DNA from: Eledone cirrhosa | Taxonomy: Eukaryota | Assembly (NCBI GenBank): GCA_964016885.1 | Contig: OZ024750.1 | Coordinates: 25,730,001 to 25,794,000 of the forward strand | Direction of reading: 5' to 3' | Length of the DNA: 64,000 bases | Shown: positions 54,962 through 64,000 of the stretch, piece after piece | How the letters are laid out: every line of letters starts with the position of its first letter | How positions within the stretch are numbered: the first letter of the stretch is position 1 | Notes under the pieces: model-generated | What the model saw: the letters and a program-made list of their open reading frames with translations, nothing else | The model's database searches: none | What the model was told of the DNA's origin: nothing | Made by a program: the position numbers and the translations under genes

Positions 54962-54979
54962 AGCTACTTCTACTACTAT

Positions 54980-55011
<32 letters not shown>

Positions 55012-55012
55012 T

Positions 55013-55081
<69 letters not shown>

Positions 55082-55155
55082 CGCCACTACTGCTACTACT
55101 ATGATTACAAATGCTGTGACAAATACTATGACTACAAATACCTCAACTACTACTA

Positions 55156-55188
<33 letters not shown>
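54962..55188. repeat. (TAC)n microsatellite
   Basis: Direct reading. Confidence 0.95.
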
Positions 55189-55595
55189 GAAAAAACAAAT
55201 TGTCTGGAACAATTTTCCTGTGGTAATTGCAGTCCTAATATTTAGTAATGGCAGAATTCTGCTGTCCAAACATGTCAGCTGTTAATACAATGGAAACGGA
55301 GTTTGTTAGACTTGTTTACTCTTCAAATTATCATTTAAAAATATACAAGTGTATCTCTAGAGGAGATCATTTGTACTAAACGATGACTGAGGAAATTGTT
55401 AGTATACACACACACACACACACATAGAGATACATACATGCATATACATACGCCTTCCCACTCTCACAGAATCACATACACTCGCATATATGTAGGTAGC
55501 TGTATATCTATATACATAGATATAGATAGATAAACACACACACTCACACACACACACACACACATTATATATATATATTTATATATAGATATAAT

Positions 55596-56010
55596 GTAGG
55601 AGGTGAGTTTTATTGTAGTACAATAAAGCAATGCAGATATCGGATAAGAAGCACTCTACAGTTTGTAGGACTGGAGTATACATAATATATAAGAACAAAA
55701 GATGGTTAAAAGAGTTCCATGTATTTTATTACGCGCATTTCAAAAACAAATATCATCATGCAATAATATTTGTGTTTTCATCAGATAAAACAGGAGGACA
55801 TGATATGAAGGTTAAAAAACACTTGTGGATAGTGCAGTTTTAAATCAACATATAACTGCACTATCCACAAGTGTTTTTTAACCTTCATATCATGTCCTCC
55901 TGTTTTATCTGATGAAAACACAAATATTATTGCATGATGATATTTGTTTTTGAAATGCGCATAATAAAATACATGGAACTCTTTTAACCATCTTTTGTTC
56001 TTATATATTA
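55596..56010. mobile_element. Family 'TGCGCA' fold-back with two intact HHRs (minus about 55724-55790, plus 55903-55969)
   Basis: TTTTAT-CTGATGA-long helix II-GAAA-TGCGCA-TA-ATAAAA; arms nearly identical. Confidence 0.88.
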
Positions 56011-56164
56011 TATATAGATATAGATATACACACATAGGAAAAGAGTCAGGACCTCGACGGCTGAGCTTCGGTTGTTTCGACAGCTATCTCAAACAAAACA
56101 GGCAGCACGATGTAGTTGTTCAGTGCGTTCAGAGAGCTCAGCCATCGGGGTCCTGACTCTTTTC

Positions 56165-56191
<27 letters not shown>

Positions 56192-56197
<6 letters not shown>

Positions 56198-56620
56198 ATT
56201 AAATAAATGGAAAACTATATTTATAAAACCATATTTATTTCATTATATATATTTCGGGGATATCATATTAACAATATGCTATGCCTTCATCAGACAAAAT
56301 ACAATATAAACAGTTTTATAGATAAATATATTCGACATATTAGACTGCTAGAGTAAACCTCTTCAAATGAAGTTGATGTTTATTACGGTATGTCGAATAT
56401 ATTTATCTATAAAACTGTTTATATTGTATTTTGTCTGATGAAGGCATAGCATATTGTTAATATGATATCCCCGAAATATATATAATGAAATAAATATGGT
56501 TTTATAAATATAGTTTTCCATTTATTTAATATTGTAAATATACTCCAAATATTTGTCGAGTGCTTTTATATCAGTTATAAATATTTACTAGTTGTAACCC
56601 AACAATTTTAAATATAACTT

Positions 56621-56621
<1 letters not shown>
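56192..56621. mobile_element. Family 'TATATA' fold-back with two HHRs (plus 56428-56491, minus about 56236-56299)
   Basis: ATTTTGT-CTGATGA-AGGCATAG CATATT GTT AATATG ATATCCCC-GAAA-TATATA-TA-ATGAAAT; arms at about 56192-56339 and 56389-56536. Confidence 0.82.
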
Positions 56622-56682
<61 letters not shown>

Positions 56683-56866
56683 GTGACTCTTTTTCTATTA
56701 CCCACTTTACTACCCATAGTATCGAGTACTCTGGTGCGTTATGGTCCACTTGGTTCCTTACCACACTTCCTTCGTTATATATATATACATATATACATAT
56801 GTATATATATATATACATATATATATACAGATGTGAGAAAAACCACAGACCCTCCATCTCAACTCA

Positions 56867-56904
56867 CCTTTTGAAAAGCAGAAGAACTGCGAAACCGGTA
56901 AAGG
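56867..56904 (+). ncRNA. Minimal hammerhead with U3-A8 core variant
   Basis: CCTT-TTGAAAA-GCAG AAGAA CTGC-GAAA-CCGG-TA-AAGG. Confidence 0.72.
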
Positions 56905-57092
56905 AACCAAATAAATATATATATTTTTAAAAAAAATAAGACTCCAGTTGCATTTTCGATTTCATCTCTTTTTCTTTATAGTTTCACTCGTGTAGGACAC
57001 CTCGGTTATTTTTCATTTTGTAAAAAAAACCCTCACTTTCTATTCTTTCTCACGTCGTGTAGACGCGTTCTTGAGACTAGTAAAATAAGGTA

Positions 57093-57180
57093 TCCTCTTG
57101 ATAAGTCGGCAGACCTCGCAAGGACTCTATATCTTTGATATATTGTTTTTGTTTATGCCACGAAACTACGTAGTCGAGGA
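57093..57180 (+). ncRNA. Second hammerhead with U3-A8 core variant
   Basis: TCCTC-TTGATAA-GT(C)GGCA...TGCCAC-GAAA-CTACGTAG-TC-GAGGA. Confidence 0.72.
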
Positions 57181-57463
57181 ATTTAGGAGCAGTTTAGGTG
57201 TGATACATTTTATTACTAATTATATCTAAATGTTTCTTCTCCCTTCATAATGTATTTTTAACTCTGATACTGGTTCAGTCTAGTTCAACTGAATTGGTCT
57301 GTCCCAGTCATTCATTGAGCAACATCGGTGAAGTTGGCACCCTTAACTCACAGTTGGGTGCGGATGCATTCATGTATATATGTGTGTGTCCGCATGTATC
57401 TGTGTGTTTCTAAATATATTATTATATATATATATATATATATAGAGTAGTAGAGTGGGTAAT

Positions 57464-57574
57464 AGGAAAATGTTCAACGCCGACGGCAGAGCTCAAGCCG
57501 TTTCGACGGCTATTTCTGGCAGAAATAGTCGTCGAAACGGCTTGAGCTCTGCCGTCGGGGTTGAACATTTTCCT
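57464..57574. mobile_element. Family 'CGGC/GCCG' fold-back palindrome
   Basis: AGGAAAATGTTCAACGCCGACGGCAG...CTGCCGTCGGGGTTGAACATTTTCCT; diverged relatives at 49538-49622 and 56034-56168. Confidence 0.78.
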
Positions 57575-57734
57575 TTTAATAAATATTTGCTCTACGGTTC
57601 TTATATATTTGATATATATTTATCCTTATCGAGCCCTCTTTGGATTTTAGTCTTCAAATTTATTATTATTACTATATATATATGTATATATATATATGTG
57701 TGTGTGTGTGAGAGAGACAGAGATATAGAGGGTT

Positions 57735-57827
<93 letters not shown>

Positions 57828-58169
57828 TTTACCATTGAATATATAGACAAGGAACTTATGTTGTATGTTCAGTAATACAGAATATATTTCTGTGGTGTGA
57901 AGTGTCAAACTCTAATAACTATAAATACCTAAAGCATCATTTGAGAAATTTTCACTTCCGATGCATTGTTATAGAAGCAGTTGCAAAGCAGGTGTGTTTA
58001 CCTGGAACAGGGAAATTATCTTAGGCGTTACTCAGGTGTATTTCACGAAATTCTCACGCTTTCTTATTCATTTTCTTCTCCTTTTTACCTGACTTTAGGC
58101 ACAGTTCTCGGTTAATTTGGACTGAAACAAACCTTACCTGTTTTACTTTCCTTTGAATTTATCATCTTC

Positions 58170-58439
58170 TGTTGTTGCTGCTGTTGTTGCTGTTGTTGTT
58201 GATGTTGTTACTGTTGTTGTTGTTGTTGTTACTGTTGTTGCTGTTACTATTGTTGCTGCTGTTAAAGCTGTTGTTGTTGATGTTGTTACTGTTGTTGTTG
58301 TTGTTACTGTTGTTGCTGTTACTATTGTTGCTGTTGTTGTTGTTGTTGTTGCTGTTGCTGTTGTTGCTGTTGTTGTTGTTGTTGATGTTGTTGCTGTTAC
58401 TATTGTTGCTGTTGCTGTTGTAGTTATTGTTGTAGTTGG

Positions 58440-58476
<37 letters not shown>

Positions 58477-58558
58477 ATTGTTGTTGCTGTTGTTGTAGTT
58501 ATTGTTGTAGCTGTTGTTGCTGTTGTTGTAGTTATTGTTGTAGTTGATACTGCTGTTT

Positions 58559-58599
<41 letters not shown>

Positions 58600-58750
58600 C
58601 CTGTTGTAGTTGATGTTGTTGTTGTTGTTGTTTGTGTTGCTGGTGTTGTTGCAGTTGTTGTTGGTGCAGTTGTAGTTGTTGTTGTGGCTGCTGTTGTTGC
58701 TGTTGTTGTTGTTGTTGTTGTAGCAGTTATTGTTGTTACTGTTGTTGTCT
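58170..58750. repeat. Degenerate (GTT)n trinucleotide tract
   Basis: Direct reading; reads as poly-Thr on the minus strand. Confidence 0.9.
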
Positions 58751-58879
58751 TACTTCTGATGCTAGTCATGCTGATGAGGTCATTATTTGGGTCACAAATC
58801 ACAAGAGTAAAACTGTAAATATTAACTGTCTCAGGGGTACGATGACTTCAAGCTTATTTCCAGAGTTTATACACACATG

Positions 58880-58995
<116 letters not shown>

Positions 58996-59432
58996 TACAC
59001 ACACACACACGCACACACACACACTCACACACACTCTCACACATTCACACACACACTCACACACACATGCACACACATACACACACAGACTCACACACAT
59101 TCACACACGCACTCACACACACATGCACACATACACACACATATCTGCACACACATGCATACACACTCACATACATACACATGCACACACACATATATGT
59201 GTATACTTGAATGTATATATGTATATACATGAGTATGTGTGTATATATATACGAGGTGTGTCAAAAACGTTCAAGTGCTGATGTCACAAAAGATTTATTT
59301 CAAACCCAAACTTCACACTAAGAGTATATATATACACATGAGTGTGTAGACAAACATATATACCCACACACACACACGCCCGCACGCACACACACACACA
59401 CACACGCACGCCCGCGCACGCCCGCGCACGCC

Positions 59433-59498
<66 letters not shown>

Positions 59499-60566
59499 TG
59501 GTGGCTGCCAACTCGTTTTCGAGTACGGCCACTACTTTATATCCATGTAGGAGAACTCCTACCGATGCGCTGAACGAGTGTGACTTTTTAGTCCAGCCAG
59601 CGACTTGAAAACTCTGGTACCAACACTACACTTGTGACAATCATTGACACATAGTGCTGGGCCCATGTGACGACAAGTGTAGAGAGATCTCCAGATATAA
59701 AGCAATGCCTGTGCCATGAAGCTTTTATAGTGAGCAAAGGCACTGCACAAAGCCAGTCCCACTCTCTTAACCAAGATGATATTTACCAAAAAGAAGAACA
59801 AGTCAACATCATTGGATACCATCAGGGTTGCAGGTGTTATATCAGAGTTTTCCTTCTCCTAGAATTCTGCCTTGACAAAGGCTAAGGGGTCATCTCTCCC
59901 GGAATACATACATACAAACATGCATACATATATACAAACATGCATGCGTACATACATGGTGGCTGCCAACTCGTTTTCGAGTACGGCCACTACTTTATAT
60001 CCATGTAAGAGAACCCCTACCGATACGCTGAATGAGTGTGACGTTTTAGTCCAGCCAGCGACTTGAAAACTCTGGTACAAACACTACACTTGTGACAATT
60101 ATTAACACATAGTGCTGGGCTCATGTTACCATATGACGACAAGTGTAGAGAGATCTCCAGATATAAAGCAATGCCTGCGCCGTGAAGCTTTTATAGTGAG
60201 CAAAGGCACTGCACAAAGCCAGTCCCACTCTCTTAACCAAGATGATATTTACCAAAAAGAAGAAAAAGTCAACATCATTGGATACCATCAGGGTTGCAGG
60301 TGTTATATCAGAGTTTTCCTTCTCCTAGAATTCTGCCTTGACAAAAGCTAAGGGGTCATCTCTCCTGGTGATTTTGGATGGCCATTGACTCTTAAGAGCT
60401 CCTTTGGCCTTTGACAGGTTTTTTTTGTTGTCCTGCAGGATGTCCAAAGTCACCCTCCTCACCAAGAAACCTTGGTGGGGTTGCCAGTTTAGTCGCCAAC
60501 GACCCGACGATGAGAGAGGTTGTACTGGGATACATGTTACCAGTAGCACCAACTGGTGACCTGACA
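59499..60566 (-). mobile_element. Two tandem copies of the bipartite RTE-derived element (59955-60566 full; 59499-59903 5'-truncated)
   Basis: Reverse complement of 25546-26153; copies separated by the (ATGT)n-like tail. Confidence 0.87.
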
Positions 60567-60841
60567 TAAATATATATATATATATATACATATATATTAG
60601 TCTTTTACTAATTTCAATCATTAGGATGTGGCCATACTGGGACACCGACTTTATTTACTCGATCAACCTCAGTAATAACTTTTTCTTTCAAATGTAGAAC
60701 CTATTGCGTGTGTATATATATCACAAAGCGCGTGGTGAAATACCAGGTGGACAATAACCCACCATATTACTCGATACCTGGGATAGTAGAGTAGGTAATA
60801 TGAAAAGTTTCAGGCTCGTTTCGACAGCTAGATCCGAACTG

Positions 60842-61700
60842 TTTAGAGAGGGAAGATCAACCACCAGTCACATCCTGATGCTGAGGAGGATATTAGAGCG
60901 AGCTAGAGCAAAGTGCCTTCCTGCTGTCATGGTTTTCATTGACTTTAGGAAGGCCTTTGATTCTGTGGACCGTCACTGCTTGATGAAGATCTTACAGGCT
61001 TATGGAATCCCCAAGAAGATGGTGGACCTGATATCACTGCTCTACTCCAACACCAAAGCCCAAATCATTACACCTGATGGGATGACGGAGATACTGGCTG
61101 GAGTGCTCCAGGGAGGTACATTGGCTCCCTACCTTTTTATCATCGCAGTGGACATGCGCCTTGCGCTGGAGAAACTCCAGGACTCTGGCTAGAATTGGTT
61201 GAGGACTTCCTGTATCTGGGAGTAAAGATTGGAAACGCAGAGGATGATGTAGTTGAGAGGAAGAGCAAAGCCTGGGTGGCGTGTCACAGTTTGAGATCGG
61301 TGTGGAAGTCGGACCTGAAGATCCATCTCTTCGTATGTGCTGCTGTACGGGTATGAGACTTGGACACTGACCAAGAAACTCACTCAGATGGTGGATGGGT
61401 GCTACACGAGAATTGTGAGGATGGCTCTGAACATTAATTAGTATACACTGAGGTTGAAGAACTCAGAGCTGTACGGGAGCCTCCCAAAATTCAGCTCGAA
61501 AGTAGCACAGAGGAGACTGAGGTGAGCTGGACATGCTCAACGACATCCAGAGTTGACACTGCACTCAGTGCTCCTGTGGGAGCCCCTGCACGGACACACT
61601 AGAAAAGGGAGACCAAGGTTAACGTATGTTGATACCTAAGGACTGATACCGGTCTCTTTGTGACGCAGAACATGACAGCGATGATGAGGGACTTGTCCAT
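60842..61700 (+). pseudogene. RTE-clade LINE reverse transcriptase remnant
   Basis: FREGRSTTSHI...FIDFRKAFDSV...GVLQGGTLAPYLF; the YADD region is missing. Then EDFLYLG, VLLYGYETWTLTK, DGCYTR, RRLR*AGH and GRPRLTYVD, with stops and frameshifts. Confidence 0.92.
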
Positions 61701-61763
61701 GGATATCGGGAATTTTACCCTATATATATATTTAATGTGGTCTACCCCTGGTAGTAGGGTCCA

Positions 61764-61887
61764 TTGTTTCCGAGGAAGACGGACTGATCGAACCTATATA
61801 TGAAGTCTGATAGTATACAGTTATATAACTGCTATAGATCAGACAATATGTCAATATGATCAACCCTCCGAAACGATCGTAAAACAA
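61764..61887 (+). ncRNA. Hammerhead with CCGAGGA core and about 93-nt helix II
   Basis: TTGTTT-CCGAGGA-[GGA..TGATC..GTCTGAT..CAGTTA TA TAACTG..ATCAGAC..GATCA..TCC]-GAAA-CGATCG-TA-AAACAA. Confidence 0.65.
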
Positions 61888-61951
61888 CGATATGAATAGG
61901 TGAAATAACTCGACTTTGTTGTTATTATTTTCATTGTTACATTGTTAAATT

Positions 61952-62140
61952 AATTGTTTCTACTTTTGGCACAAGGCCATCAATTACCCAGTACATTACT
62001 GGTACTTTATTTTATCGACCCCGTAAGGATGAAAGGCAAAGTTAACCTCGGCGGGATTTGAACTCAGACTGTAAAGGGAGGACATAACTATGCTGGAAAG
62101 CATGGCGTCCGACCCTCTACCGATACTGCCAATCCACACC
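61952..62140 (-). mobile_element. SINE family A, full length
   Basis: TSD TACATTGTTAAATTAAT at 61938-61954 and 62142-62158. Confidence 0.92.
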
Positions 62141-62155
62141 GTACATTGTTAAATT

Positions 62156-62349
<194 letters not shown>

Positions 62350-62583
62350 GTTAAAAATGTACATCCACATATGTATACTGAAACACTAGTATGCATATGA
62401 ATACACACACGTATACATATGTAGATGTACCAAGTTTTTCACTGGTCACTTTACTGTGAGTGTCCAGCTATTCTGTATGTAAACACACAGACAAACCGGT
62501 TATTAGAGTCATACTGGTTTTTGAGGAAACACCTTTCCTCTATTCTCCAGAAAGCCAAACAAGGACAAGGATATATATATATA

Positions 62584-63003
62584 TGTAGGAGGTGAGTTTT
62601 ATTGTAGCAACAATAAAGCAATGCAAATATCGGATAAGTAGCACTCTACAGTTTGTAGGACTGGAGTATAAATATATAAGATCAAAAGATGGTTAAAAGA
62701 GTTCCAAGTATTTTATTATGCGCATTTCAAAAACAAGTATCATCATGGGATGATATCTGCGTTCTCATCAGATAAAATAAGGAGACATGATATGAAGCTT
62801 AAAAAACACTTGTGAATAGTGAAGTTTTAAATTAACATATCAGATATGTTAATTTAAAACTTCAATATTCACAAGTGTTTTTTAAGCTTCATATCATGTA
62901 TCCCTATTTTATCTGATGAAAACGCAGATATCATCCCATGATGATACTTGTTTTTGAAATGCGCATAATAAAATACTTGGAACTCTTTTAACCATCTTTT
63001 GAT

Positions 63004-63008
<5 letters not shown>
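62584..63008. mobile_element. Family 'TGCGCA' fold-back with two HHRs (minus about 62711-62777, plus 62907-62973)
   Basis: Same architecture as 55596-56010; flanked by (TA)n. Confidence 0.87.
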
Positions 63009-63041
<33 letters not shown>

Positions 63042-63103
63042 TATAGGCATTTATACAAATACGTCATTCTCTCTGTTGATATAAAAGCTTATAAATGCAT
63101 AAT

Positions 63104-63181
<78 letters not shown>

Positions 63182-63375
63182 GTGTGTATATATATATATA
63201 TATATACATACTTAAAGGTAGAGTTAGTGTTGGTAGGTGTGTGAGGCAAGGCGTGTCGTTTCTAAAGCTGGTCAGTCGAGTATTTTTACCAAACAATCTG
63301 TCATTAGTTCTGTCACGGCGGTTATTATATATAGATGGTATCATGTGGTGATATCAGCGGTTATTGTTACAGTGT

Positions 63376-63975
63376 TGGTGATGGTGGTGGTGGTGGTGGT
63401 AGTGGTGGTGGTGGTGGTGATGGTGGTGGTAGAGTGGTGATGGTGGTGGTGTTGGTAATGGTGGTGGTGGTGGTGGTGGTAGAGTGGTGATGGTGGTGGT
63501 GGTGGTAGAGTGGTGGTGCTGGTGGTGGTGGTGGTGGTGGTGGTAGTGGTGGTGGTGGTGGTAGAGTGGTGATGGTGGTGGTGGTGGTAGTGGTGGTGGT
63601 GCTGGTGGTGGTGGTGGTGGTGGTGGTAGTGGTGGTGGTGGTGGTAGAGTGGTGATGGTGGTGGTAGAGTGGTGATGGTGGTGGTGTTGGTAGTGGTGGT
63701 GGTGGTGGTGGTGGTAGAGTGGTGATGGTGGTGGTGGTGGTAGTGGTGGTGGTGCTGGTGGTGGTGGTGGTGGTAGAGTGGTGATGGTGGTGGTAGAGTG
63801 GTGATGGTGGTGGTGTTGGTAGTGGTGGTGGTGGTGGTGGTGGTGGTGGTGGTGGTTGTGGTGGTGGTGGTAGAGTGGTGATGGTGGTGGTGATTGTATT
63901 GTTGCTGGTAGTGGTAGAGGTGGTGGTGGTGGGTGGTGGTGATGTCAGTGGCTACCACAGTGGTGGTGATGGTGG
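63376..63975. repeat. Degenerate (GGT)n tract with AGAGTGGTGAT interruptions
   Basis: Direct reading. Confidence 0.93.
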
Positions 63976-64000
63976 CGTAAGAGGGAATAAGTTTCTAGTA

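Noticed and set aside
59248-59310. TACGAGG... mariner-like terminal inverted repeat
   Set aside because: No partner TIR or transposase seen nearby.

Overview
AT-rich, microsatellite-saturated eukaryotic DNA. The SINE and LINE content suggests an octopod cephalopod (inference). There is one 200-N gap and no convincing host protein-coding gene; nearly all ORF-track entries are translated simple repeats. The main signal is RNA-structural: the window is dense with type-I hammerhead ribozyme (HHR) motifs (CUGANGA...GAAA...UH, often with a palindromic, dimer-type helix III). These sit in short non-coding elements embedded in (TA)n and arranged as partial tandems and fold-back inversions, the architecture of Penelope-like pseudo-LTRs and non-LTR retrozymes. 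The extreme case is 1-5528: at least 17.8 apparently identical 311-bp units carrying 18 HHRs, inverted at 2359/2360 into a giant palindrome. About a dozen further HHR sequence types occur, including two neighbouring motifs with the compensatory U3-A8 core. Also present are tRNA-derived SINEs with ATTA-starting TSDs, RTE and L1/Tx1 LINE remnants, a bipartite RTE-derived non-autonomous element, a probable Helitron, a Tc1/mariner remnant and several minisatellites. One minisatellite apparently arose inside a SINE insertion. All folds were read by eye and none was computed.
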